DNA of 64,000 bases from a virus (IMGVR_UViG_3300032236_000727:1906-65905), one strand, 5' to 3'. Shown: positions 1 through 8,166, counted from the first letter of the stretch. Translations and numbers: made by a program. The notes: generated from the sequence alone by a model not told the origin.

Positions 1-85
1 CATTACTTCCTGCGGTAAGAGTTTCCGCCAATTTTGATTGTTCGTCTCTCGTACGAGAGATAATTTCTGATAAAAAGTCCTTCAT
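1..85 (-). CDS. 5' part of a small late protein running off the window edge (MKDFLSEIISRTRDEQSKLAETLTAGSN...)
   Basis: ATG at 85 lies 6 nt after the phage promoter box; frame is open to position 1. Confidence 0.6.
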   Translation of the reverse strand, partial: MKDFLSEIISRTRDEQSKLAETLTAGSN

Positions 86-91
86 ACTCAT

Positions 92-121
92 AATAATACA
101 AATATTATGAGTATTCCGCCC
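92..121 (-). promoter_or_regulatory. Phage late-class promoter GGGCG-N16-TGTATTATT
   Basis: Matches a motif repeated 7 times with exact 16-nt spacing; overlaps the inverted repeat ATACTCATAAT/ATTATGAGTAT. Confidence 0.75.
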
Positions 122-124
122 TAA

Positions 125-349
125 TTAATAGAAGTTTCCACCACCGATGTCGTTTAAATTCTTATCTGGACCAACTTTGCTGCTCTTAACTTTATTTTGG
201 TTAAGAACTGCATTGTTTGCACGCTTAGAGCCAGAATTGCCTTTATCAATGGTTTTTTCGCCAGGGCCGCCAGCAAAGCCGGGGGTACCAGTCATTTTAT
301 AGGTCTTGCGAAAGCCTAATTCGCCGCCGTCTTGTGGGTTTTTTGCCAT
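125..349 (-). CDS. Small Gly/Lys-rich protein downstream of the portal gene
   Basis: 74-aa ORF with RBS (AGGA), tightly packed after the portal gene. Confidence 0.65.
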   Translation of the reverse strand: MAKNPQDGGELGFRKTYKMTGTPGFAGGPGEKTIDKGNSGSKRANNAVLNQNKVKSSKVGPDKNLNDIGGGNFY

Positions 350-350
350 G

Positions 351-3200
351 TTACTGTCCTTCAGTAGGTGTTTGTGGTTGTGGTACTACTTGTTGCTGTA
401 ATGCTTGTTGATGCTGCTGTTCATTTTGCTGTAATGCGTGTGCATGAGCTAAACGGGCTTGATCTGCTTGTTGCTGTGCAGCAATTTGTTGTTGGACCTG
501 TTGGGCCTGTTGCTGAAATGCCTGTTGCTGTACTTCCAACCCATGCTGCCTAATTTCCGTTTGGGCTTGATTAGAGGCTTCCAGAGCTGTTAAATTTTGT
601 TCGTGAGCCATAGCCATTTGATCGGCTGTTAAACCAGCCTTAGCTTGAATAGAGGCAACTCGTTCGCGTGAGGCATTGTTAATGTCTGCCATGGCGATAT
701 TTGTCGCGTTTTTATTAGAGTCAATGGCTGTTTGAGTTTGGTATTTAGCCTGTAGTTCAGCAACTTTTTGTTGTAATTCAGCAACTTTAAGCTGGTAACT
801 TTGCTTATCCTGTTGCATCTGAAGTTGCATTTTAGCTTGAGTTTCTTGAGTTTTGCGCTCTGTCTCAGCCATTTGAGTTTTAAGAATAACTTGGGCTGTT
901 GGGTCTGATGCCATTACAGACTGCTGTTGAGCCTGTTGTGCTTGAGCAACTTTTTGTGCTAAACCTTGAATTTGTTGAACATATTGAGTCATGTTCATTT
1001 GGGAGTCTTGAGCTACCATTTTAGACGCAAGCGCCAACGCTTGTTGTGCTTCAAGGTCTAATGGTTTTTCTTGATGAAGCTCCAAGGTATCACGGCCACC
1101 AGCTGCTTGTGCTACATACGCACGCATAGACTGCAAATAGTGCAAGGTTAAATGTTGCTTAATATGCTCTAACGCATGTGGGGAGAATGTTGGTCCAATT
1201 ACAGGATTACCGCCGTAAGCTGGATCATTTGCATAGTCTAAATGGATTTTGATATGAGCAATATGATCTTGATCTGGGTACGCCGCAGCCGGACGACCCA
1301 TAGTCATAGAAACGTTTTCTAACGCTGGGTTAGATTCGTTAGCGCCTAATGGATTAGGCATAATTTCTTCAATGCCAGGTATCTTTAACTGTTCCATTAC
1401 GCGACGGTAAACAGAACGCATGTCAAACAATCCTGGTTGGATTTGATTGCCCTGTGTTGCCATTTGCAACAACGCTTGATTTTGAGCTAAACGTTGTGTT
1501 TCAGAAAAAATGTTAGGATCTGAAACTGGGCGAATATCGCTGTTTTGTGCAAAGTCACGAACTTCAATCTCTGAACCAGATTGATTGTCCATGTCTTGCA
1601 AGTACCAATGATTGATACGAGAAATAATTGCAAGTGATTTAGCTTGGCTGCGATGCAGACGTGCATGAATGCTAGAGAATACTTTAGCGCCCTGTTCAAT
1701 TAATGCCTGGGTTGTACCGACAGGCATATTGTTTGAAGCATCGCCAATTTTTTCTTCAGCAGTAGTAACTACGCCTTTTGCTGCATCTGTTAACCAACCA
1801 AGGAGGTTAAACAATACGCTTGAAGGAGGATTAAACGGCATTGGCATCGCAATTTTGCGAACATCGTCAACTCCGGGTGCGCCTTCAATTTCAACTACTT
1901 GCGTGGGTTCAATTCGATCAGACTGTCCACCAATGCGTCCACCTTTAAGTTTAAGCATTGTCTGGCTGTTGTTGATATGAGCAGCGTCAAGCAAAGCACG
2001 AAGAGAACCGGTAAGAGCAGCAGAAAGACCGCCAATGAGCTGAGGTAATCCAATAGCGTAAGCTCCACGCCAAGGGATGAACTTAAACTCAACGTACCAG
2101 TCCAATTTTTCCAGTTTCTCATCATTCGCTTCCCAGTTGCGGTATAGTGCTAATACTTTGCTTGTTGTTTCGTCAACTGTTAGAATGTACGGAGCTCTGC
2201 GACCTTCTGTTTCAGAATCATCATCCAATCGCATAAAACAAGTAATCTCATAAATACGACGTAATCCGTCAATATTTTTAGAAGGCTCTTCTTTGCCTTC
2301 AATTTTGTTATTTGCTTTTTGTGATTGGGTTTGATCGTTAAGTGACGCATCAGACGAGTAAGTGCTATCAATGTCTCGATAAATGCCGGTTTCAACACGT
2401 TGTAAAAATGTGTCTTCTGTAATGTCTTGTACTTCAGTTACACGTGGGGATGTGTAAAAGTTTGTGGACGCGTAAGGCAAAAGAATATTATCAATTGCAA
2501 CCCATTCACAAGTTGGTCGTTTTTGCTCTATGTCAAAACGCCATTTTAAAAACTGTGAACCACCGAGTGGTAATTGAGTGAGCAATTGCTCCATCTCGTC
2601 ACGGTACTCTGGAATCTGTTCTGATAATTGCCAGTTAAGAAACTCTACCTTACGAGCAGCTGCTTCTTCTTTAATATCGTTTGCTTCGCCCTTAATATTG
2701 GACTTCACAATTCCATCGGGTGGCAATAATTCTTTGGAGGATGACGCAGCGAAATCAACGCATGCCTCAGCCATAACAGGGTGGACGACTTTGGAGGCTC
2801 CGTCAAACGTGGCTCCCCCGGGCGCGTCCTTGCCGAGGCCAGTGCGACGCAAACCTTCTTCGTATTGTTTATCACGTTGTTTACGTGATTCTTGGTCTAC
2901 ATCAATATAGTCTAAATACTCAATTGCTAAAGATTGTAAAATACTTTCGTCAAGTATTTCAGCTAAGTTCGCGTAAAATTCTGGGTTTTCGTTTGGTGAT
3001 TCTTTTGGTTTAAAGTTTACAACTACAGAACCATCATCTAATTCAATTACTTCTTCCTCAACTTCGCTTGGATCAAGACCCAAAGCATCCTCATACATCT
3101 GCATCTCTGCATCTTGTTCTTGAGCATCTTGGATATTTTCTTGTGTGTCAAGACCTGGCAAATTTGAACCAGTTTGAAGTGGGAATAAAGGATTTGCCAT
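351..3200 (-). CDS. Portal protein (P22-like) with a long Gln-rich C-terminal coiled coil
   Basis: 949 aa near terL; portal-like segments (HPVMAEACVDF, LPLGGSQFLK, PVGTTQALIEQG..VFSSIHARLH). Confidence 0.85.
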   Translation of the reverse strand: MANPLFPLQTGSNLPGLDTQENIQDAQEQDAEMQMYEDALGLDPSEVEEEVIELDDGSVVVNFKPKESPNENPEFYANLAEILDESILQSLAIEYLDYIDVDQESRKQRDKQYEEGLRRTGLGKDAPGGATFDGASKVVHPVMAEACVDFAASSSKELLPPDGIVKSNIKGEANDIKEEAAARKVEFLNWQLSEQIPEYRDEMEQLLTQLPLGGSQFLKWRFDIEQKRPTCEWVAIDNILLPYASTNFYTSPRVTEVQDITEDTFLQRVETGIYRDIDSTYSSDASLNDQTQSQKANNKIEGKEEPSKNIDGLRRIYEITCFMRLDDDSETEGRRAPYILTVDETTSKVLALYRNWEANDEKLEKLDWYVEFKFIPWRGAYAIGLPQLIGGLSAALTGSLRALLDAAHINNSQTMLKLKGGRIGGQSDRIEPTQVVEIEGAPGVDDVRKIAMPMPFNPPSSVLFNLLGWLTDAAKGVVTTAEEKIGDASNNMPVGTTQALIEQGAKVFSSIHARLHRSQAKSLAIISRINHWYLQDMDNQSGSEIEVRDFAQNSDIRPVSDPNIFSETQRLAQNQALLQMATQGNQIQPGLFDMRSVYRRVMEQLKIPGIEEIMPNPLGANESNPALENVSMTMGRPAAAYPDQDHIAHIKIHLDYANDPAYGGNPVIGPTFSPHALEHIKQHLTLHYLQSMRAYVAQAAGGRDTLELHQEKPLDLEAQQALALASKMVAQDSQMNMTQYVQQIQGLAQKVAQAQQAQQQSVMASDPTAQVILKTQMAETERKTQETQAKMQLQMQQDKQSYQLKVAELQQKVAELQAKYQTQTAIDSNKNATNIAMADINNASRERVASIQAKAGLTADQMAMAHEQNLTALEASNQAQTEIRQHGLEVQQQAFQQQAQQVQQQIAAQQQADQARLAHAHALQQNEQQHQQALQQQVVPQPQTPTEGQ

Positions 3201-3203
3201 AAA

Positions 3204-3812
3204 TTAGGGTTTTAATAACTTTTTAAGTTTTTCGTAACTAGAACTAACTAGTTTTTTGGCTGGTTTAAAAGCTGGAACGGCTGATAAAGCTCCTCCGGCA
3301 GTTGTTAATCCAGCTCCGAGATAATCTTTCTTTTTTAAATCTTCGTAAAGATTAAAAGGCATATCAGCAACACCTAGTGCACCTGTTACTGGATTTGCCA
3401 TTTGAGCAGCTTGATAAATTGCATCTTGACCTTGGTGTCCACCAAAAATACGATCAGCTGCAGTCTGACCAAAAAGGTCAGCAAAATGTGCTTTAACGTA
3501 ATTTGTCACAGGAGCGTCTGAAGATAAAAAGGGTGTTGCCTGCATTTTAGCTTCTGGGTTGTACTGTGGTTGGAATGTTGTTCCCATTACACCGCCGCCA
3601 TCTGCAAATTTTTGTGGGATAACTCCACTAGCTATTAAAGCGGCAAGCATGTCTTGTGGAGACATGTTTGGCTGACCACCAGCTGCTAAATGCGGCGTTA
3701 ACCCCGCCTCTTGCAACAGTTGCTGTTTAGGCGTTCTTAACATGCCGGGGGTCTGTGGCATGACACCTGCTTCTTCGAGCAGTTTTTCGTGGGGGGTTTT
3801 AAGATAATCCAT
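3204..3812 (-). CDS. Hypothetical internal virion protein with LAAGG and FADGG motifs
   Basis: 202-aa ORF between terL and portal, with its own phage promoter. Confidence 0.65.
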   Translation of the reverse strand: MDYLKTPHEKLLEEAGVMPQTPGMLRTPKQQLLQEAGLTPHLAAGGQPNMSPQDMLAALIASGVIPQKFADGGGVMGTTFQPQYNPEAKMQATPFLSSDAPVTNYVKAHFADLFGQTAADRIFGGHQGQDAIYQAAQMANPVTGALGVADMPFNLYEDLKKKDYLGAGLTTAGGALSAVPAFKPAKKLVSSSYEKLKKLLKP

Positions 3813-3821
3813 TCTAATTAT

Positions 3822-3851
3822 AATAATACAAAAAAATAAGCAAATCCGCCC
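3822..3851 (-). promoter_or_regulatory. Phage late-class promoter GGGCG-N16-TGTATTATT
   Basis: Motif match; the GGGCG overlaps the TAG stop of terL. Confidence 0.75.
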
Positions 3852-5293
3852 TATTGGCTGTAAGGATTTGCAAATTTACGGTGGTCATTGTCCGCATAAT
3901 CATAATCTCGTGCTGGCAAAGGATCTAGCTGTAACCATCCAGAATCCCTTAAAACACGTAAAGCTTGAGATAATGAGTCCACATAGTCATCGTGGCCACC
4001 CGCCTCTGGAAATGAGCAAACCTGGCGTAAAAAGCGTTTAGACCAATCTGCAAATTCCCCTTTTTTGGTGGGTTCTTCAGGAATAAACACTTTACCTTTG
4101 GCTACTAACGGCGCCACAATGTTAAGCCTTTGTACTTTATCTGCTCGTCCTGGGTTGTATCCTCTAACTTCGATTCCAGAACCTTGAAGTTCTTGGATTA
4201 GGGAAATACCAGCAGATTTATCTTCCATAAGTACTAAATCAGCCTTACGTCCTTTTCCAAAGTCATTATCAGCGCCATAGACAACTTCTTTATAGTCCTC
4301 AATCACTTTTCGGCGTAATTCTGGGTACGCTAGGTGGTTATCCCATGAGTCTAGCAAAATAACGCAGGTTCCAGCGTCTTCTCTATCAAATACTCCCCAA
4401 ACAGTACAAGCTGTTGGGTCGTTCATAGTCTTTTCAGAAGTGGCTGGGTCATACGAAGCAATGACATATTCCAGATTAGGTGTGGGTTTATTTGCAGGCC
4501 ACATACGAAATTGCTTACGTTTAATAATACCTGCCTGTTCCGGATCAAGAATCTCACCGTAAATCTCTTGGCGACCAATGTCGGTGCCATCGTAAGTCTC
4601 TAGCTGTTTAAAAAATGTTTCGGAAAGGTTCGCCCTATTGTCGTACGAGGACGCGTTGGCAACGTAGACGTCGCCCCCAACTTTGCCTTCGTTAAGGTCA
4701 ACGATAAGCTCTTTTGGCTTTGGCGTTGTGGTGATGATTTGTTGAACACGAGGAAGTCTGGCGTCTCGCAGACGGAGGGTAAACTGTACGCCATCGTATG
4801 CTTCGTCAATATAGTCGAATGCACACAACTCGTCAAACCAAGCTCCATGGTACTGTTTACCACGATAGCGTTCTGGCTCGGAGGCAGGGATTCCTTGAAT
4901 AAGGGATCCGTTTGTAAGGGTAATCTCAAAGAGGGACTTGTTGTAATCTCGGATAAGGCTCGCGGGTATGATATTGAGAAGACCGGAGTCTCCCTCGAAG
5001 CAAGTTGCACGGATATCATTAGAGGTTGGGGCGGTGACAAGCCAGCGTGTGTTGTCGTAATTCCAAGCCCTAATGCCAATCCAATGACTAGCAGTATGCG
5101 TCTTGCCAGATCCCCGGCCCGCAAGCATAAGGAATGTGTCATATTCGCCGCCTTGTGGTTCTTTTTGATGTGGGAGTGCCTGTATGGCCCATTTGATTTG
5201 CCATATTGCAGCGTCAAGCTGCTGCTGGGGCCAATGTTTGCGGGCATCCGCAAATTTTTTAAGTGTAAGTTCTTGTTCTTGGGTTAGCTGCAT
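3851..5293 (-). CDS. terL: Terminase large subunit
   Basis: Walker A AGRGSGKT, Walker B WFDE, coupling motif TTTP, RNase H-like nuclease (SYDPA..., HDDYVDS). Confidence 0.95.
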   Translation of the reverse strand: MQLTQEQELTLKKFADARKHWPQQQLDAAIWQIKWAIQALPHQKEPQGGEYDTFLMLAGRGSGKTHTASHWIGIRAWNYDNTRWLVTAPTSNDIRATCFEGDSGLLNIIPASLIRDYNKSLFEITLTNGSLIQGIPASEPERYRGKQYHGAWFDELCAFDYIDEAYDGVQFTLRLRDARLPRVQQIITTTPKPKELIVDLNEGKVGGDVYVANASSYDNRANLSETFFKQLETYDGTDIGRQEIYGEILDPEQAGIIKRKQFRMWPANKPTPNLEYVIASYDPATSEKTMNDPTACTVWGVFDREDAGTCVILLDSWDNHLAYPELRRKVIEDYKEVVYGADNDFGKGRKADLVLMEDKSAGISLIQELQGSGIEVRGYNPGRADKVQRLNIVAPLVAKGKVFIPEEPTKKGEFADWSKRFLRQVCSFPEAGGHDDYVDSLSQALRVLRDSGWLQLDPLPARDYDYADNDHRKFANPYSQ

Positions 5294-6276
5294 GGAATAA
5301 AGCCTTCTCCTACTAAGATAGTACTATCTTCACCGTCAGTCTCAATGTGAACGCAAGACTGTCCTGGAATGGGCGTAATACTGGTTATGTACCTTCTCGC
5401 GTGATGAACCTTTACAGGTGGCGAGATTTGATTTGGTAGCAATTTACTGCGGGATTTAAAAAATAATACATAATTCTTTTTATATTCGTCGCCGCGAATA
5501 CGCGTTCTACAAGCAAGTGATTCAACCAGGCCTTGAATTAAGGTAATTGTGCCTAAATGTTTGCTAGTAATACGAAACTTATCTGTCTTTTCAGAATACT
5601 GCCTGTTTTTTGCGCACAATATTCCAGATAAAAGCTCGACTCTTTGCTCTTCTGATGCAAGAAGATAGTTATTTGGTATAGTCTTTGGGATATTTGGAAT
5701 TAACTGCGACTCAATACTAGGAGTTATCTTAAAATCTCGTTCACCGTTGGGTTGCATTCTACCAAATTTTAACTTATAGCCATAATCTTTAAGTTTTGTT
5801 GTCACAAACTCAAAGACTTCTTTGGGGGCTGTTAGTCTGCTGTGTGCTCCACGGGCAAAAAACCAAAACCCAAATACAAACGGGGGTACCGGCAGATCTT
5901 GATGTGGTAGCTGCAAAGGTTTTGTTGTGGGTACTGAGTACAGTTTACTGTTTGTCTTGCTAACAAGCGAGGTTTCCAACAGATCTTGCACAGCAAAATG
6001 CTTTAATGGTCTGCGAAACTTATGGACACCTTTATATGTCTGCAAACGGTTACGGTATTTAGGGGTCTCACACATAAATCCCAAGTGTCTGTCCCCAGAT
6101 GCTGTTAGGTAATCGTTAAACATTACCGCATAACAGTCATCTGCCCGGTATTCTTGTACCAGTTTAACCTTAACTAATTTTCCGTTTTGATTAAATACAT
6201 AATCACCTGGCTTTAATTGGTAAGCATATTTCCAATAGTCAAGCGTTAGTATTTTCTCCATTGCTGTTATTGCCAT
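5284..6276 (-). CDS. Free-standing intein-like protein (Hint plus degenerate LAGLIDADG)
   Basis: Block A-like start (AITAMEKILT..WK...LKPGDYVFNQNG), block B-like CYAVMFND..DRH, LPVPPFVFG, IPNNYLLAS..QR.ELLSG, block F/G-like CVHIETDGEDSTILVGEGFIP; no exteins. Confidence 0.75.
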   Translation of the reverse strand: MAITAMEKILTLDYWKYAYQLKPGDYVFNQNGKLVKVKLVQEYRADDCYAVMFNDYLTASGDRHLGFMCETPKYRNRLQTYKGVHKFRRPLKHFAVQDLLETSLVSKTNSKLYSVPTTKPLQLPHQDLPVPPFVFGFWFFARGAHSRLTAPKEVFEFVTTKLKDYGYKLKFGRMQPNGERDFKITPSIESQLIPNIPKTIPNNYLLASEEQRVELLSGILCAKNRQYSEKTDKFRITSKHLGTITLIQGLVESLACRTRIRGDEYKKNYVLFFKSRSKLLPNQISPPVKVHHARRYITSITPIPGQSCVHIETDGEDSTILVGEGFIPCS

Positions 6277-6547
6277 AAAATGTATCGGCGACCCATCGGT
6301 CTAGCCAGCGCCCTAACGGCGCTCTTATCCTATTTTGTATTTGAATTGGGAGTTGCTGTATAACAAGCGGCTCAGAAGTAATACTAAGACGAAACTGCAA
6401 ATACTTTTGAGTGTCTTGATCCAGTATTTCTGCCGGAACGTCAACCATTTCTAAAAAGTCTATGTTGCATACCAAAACTCGAAGGCCTACAAACTTTCCT
6501 TGCGCGTTTTCTAATGCTCCTTGAATTTGGTACACATATTTGCTCAT
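6239..6547 (-). CDS. Hypothetical protein, first gene of the packaging operon
   Basis: 102-aa ORF; ATG lies 6 nt after the promoter box (leaderless). Confidence 0.7.
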   Translation of the reverse strand: MSKYVYQIQGALENAQGKFVGLRVLVCNIDFLEMVDVPAEILDQDTQKYLQFRLSITSEPLVIQQLPIQIQNRIRAPLGRWLDRWVADTFYGNNSNGENTNA

Positions 6548-6553
6548 AATTAC

Positions 6554-6583
6554 AATAATGCAAAAATCAAAGACTTAGCGTCC
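6554..6583 (-). promoter_or_regulatory. Phage late-class promoter variant GGACG-N16-TGCATTATT
   Basis: Motif match driving the packaging operon. Confidence 0.7.
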
Positions 6584-6602
6584 CATTTTTAGAAATATAC
6601 TC

Positions 6603-6827
6603 ATTTGCTCCTAGGGTTGCTAGGGTTGCAAGGCTTATTTCCAGTTTTATCCAGACGCTTACGCTTTTTTTAAAAAATTTTAAAAAATAGTAAAAAGGGG
6701 TTACAACCCTAGCAACCCTAGGACCAAGTTTGTAAGTCATTGATTTTAAACAAAACAAATGACAATCATTCTCAATTAAAATCAAAAAACCCGCAGGAGT
6801 AAAGGAGTTGGTGGAAGTTATTGATTT
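6603..6827. repeat. Origin-like element copy 1 (inverted TAGGGTTGC iterons, AT-rich spacer, IHF-like sites)
   Basis: 27-nt and 39-nt blocks are identical to those in 11720-11914. Confidence 0.75.
6755..6774. promoter_or_regulatory. Fur-box-like site
   Basis: TGACAAT-C-ATTCTCA matches the 7-1-7 Fur consensus at 12/14 positions. Confidence 0.55.
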
Positions 6828-6954
6828 GTAAGGAAATTTTACAAAAAAAATTTTTAGAAATTGACTTTTTGCAAAAAATCTGCGAGTTATAAAAGCTTGC
6901 GTTCTTTGGGGCCCCCGCCGACCCGCCTAGCATAGGACCCAAATTGGGTGTATC

Positions 6955-7269
6955 GGTCTATAAAAAGACCCCCCATTCCGCATTATGGTAATTCATTTCA
7001 CTATGTGGTATGTGCCACACAGCCTAAGTGAGTACTTACTTACATAGCCACGCGCCCAAGCTCCAGCTCTTAGCACTCACTGGCATAGAGTGCTGATAAT
7101 GGGGACAGAGTCAAGGCAACCAGCCACATAGGTTAGTAAGCACTAACATAGAGTGACGCGCCCACATAAGTTAGTAAGCACTTACTTCACACTGGCGCGG
7201 ACTAATAACCTTACTGCCAGTGTGGGTATTATGGTGCAGTGCCACATAGGCTATTAGGGTAAACACCTA
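6955..7269. promoter_or_regulatory. Cluster of short palindromic operator-like sites
   Basis: At least 9 distinct palindromes in about 315 bp of non-coding DNA (see findings). Confidence 0.65.
7070..7096. promoter_or_regulatory. CIRCE element (HrcA operator)
   Basis: TTAGCACTC-N9-GAGTGCTGA; 17/18 match to the consensus TTAGCACTC-N9-GAGTGCTAA. Confidence 0.8.
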
Positions 7270-7441
7270 TTGACGGATAGGAGGGGCGAGAAGGGGTCTA
7301 GGAGACGAGATGAGTAGAGATGAGGCTACCCCCTTAACTAGTGGACGATCTCTTGTCTTCCAGTTAACACGGGGCGCTCAGAGGCACGCGCACGCGAGGG
7401 GGCGAGGTGGGGGTGTGGCGTCATAATGGTTGAGTCGAGCT

Positions 7442-7466
7442 CCCACCATATCCCACAATCCCCCAC
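7442..7466 (-). promoter_or_regulatory. MraZ-box-like triple repeat
   Basis: GTGGG three times at an exact 10-bp period (CCCAC at 7442, 7452, 7462). Confidence 0.6.
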
Positions 7467-7538
7467 AGTTTAGTCAAGTATTCAGATCGCCAGCAAACCC
7501 AATAGATATAAGGCTGAGAATATATTTGCATAAAGTTG

Positions 7539-7566
7539 TTGACATTGTTTCCAAAAGCTGGATAAT
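7539..7566 (+). promoter_or_regulatory. Host sigma70-type early promoter
   Basis: TTGACA-N16-GATAAT upstream of the first rightward genes. Confidence 0.65.
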
Positions 7567-7655
7567 AGATTCTGTTGTAACGCAGTACGCAAACCCAACC
7601 GCGATAAATAAGGGGGAGCTGGCAGAACCAGTGCTGTTATCCAACACAGCGTATG

Positions 7656-7708
7656 AGGTAGCGACGTGACGCGTCGCCTGATGAGACCAAGCGACAAGGT
7701 CGAAACCT
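7656..7708 (+). ncRNA. Hammerhead ribozyme, type III
   Basis: AGG-UA / stem I GCGACG-UGACG-CGUCGC / CUGAUGA / stem II GACC..GGUC / GAAA-CCU; predicted cleavage after A7660; stem III is short. Confidence 0.8.
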
Positions 7709-7722
7709 AAAGGAGCTATACA

Positions 7723-7914
7723 ATGACACGAGCTGAACTGATCCAAACAATCCTACGCAGTGAGCTGAGCCAGTGGCGTACCATGACTAAAGACCAACTA
7801 CTCGAGTGCCTGCTGATGGAGCGCAGGGAAGTGCTTGACGAGCTGAGCCATGATACACTGACCTATATGTCGGCTGACATTGACGTTGCAGAGGTATGGG
7901 GGCAGGCAATTTAA
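7723..7914 (+). CDS. Small early protein lying between two hammerhead ribozymes
   Basis: 63 aa, RBS AAGGAG at 7710-7715. Confidence 0.75.
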   Translation: MTRAELIQTILRSELSQWRTMTKDQLLECLLMERREVLDELSHDTLTYMSADIDVAEVWGQAI

Positions 7915-7916
7915 CA

Positions 7917-7968
7917 GGTCGAAACCGTGTTGACACGGTCTATACGTTAGGCGTATACTGATGAGACC
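7917..7968 (+). ncRNA. Hammerhead ribozyme, type II
   Basis: GGUC-GAAA / stem III CCGUG-UUGA-CACGG / UC / stem I UAUACG-UUAGG-CGUAUA / CUGAUGA-GACC; predicted cleavage after C7940. Confidence 0.9.
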
Positions 7969-7983
7969 AACATAGGAGGACTT

Positions 7984-8166
7984 ATGATCAACGAACACCA
8001 AAAGAAAATAGCGTACGCTGAGGGCTATCACGCTGGCATGATCAGCGAGCAGTTTGACAATCCGTACGATGACTTTGAACTGCGCGTGCAGTTTAGCTAC
8101 GGCTTTAGAACTGCAACTAACCGCGTCGATTCATTTTATAAACAACATAATCAGGAGTACGCATAA
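7984..8166 (+). CDS. Small early protein with an RMF (ribosome modulation factor)-like pattern
   Basis: AYAEGYHAG...NPY...F.YGF; RBS AGGAGG. Confidence 0.55.
   Translation: MINEHQKKIAYAEGYHAGMISEQFDNPYDDFELRVQFSYGFRTATNRVDSFYKQHNQEYA

Noticed and set aside
4600-5287. Long alternative ORFs (217 aa minus, 182 aa plus) inside terL
   Set aside because: Shadow frames of a conserved gene with no recognisable motifs or RBS
5284-5293. Intein inserted in TerL
   Set aside because: The intein-like ORF has its own stop and is in a different frame; TerL is complete without it
6567-6785. 72-aa ORF and other short ORFs (7430-7746) in the control region
   Set aside because: They overlap iterons, promoters and the ribozyme, have no RBS, and do not look like proteins
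7020-7270. Possible mini CRISPR array (recurring AGTAAGCACT, CGCGCCCA and CCACATA)
   Set aside because: Repeats are short, non-identical and irregularly spaced, and no cas operon is present; operator-like palindromes fit better
7637-7646. DnaA box
   Set aside because: TTATCCAAC is only a partial match to TTATCCACA and is a single copy
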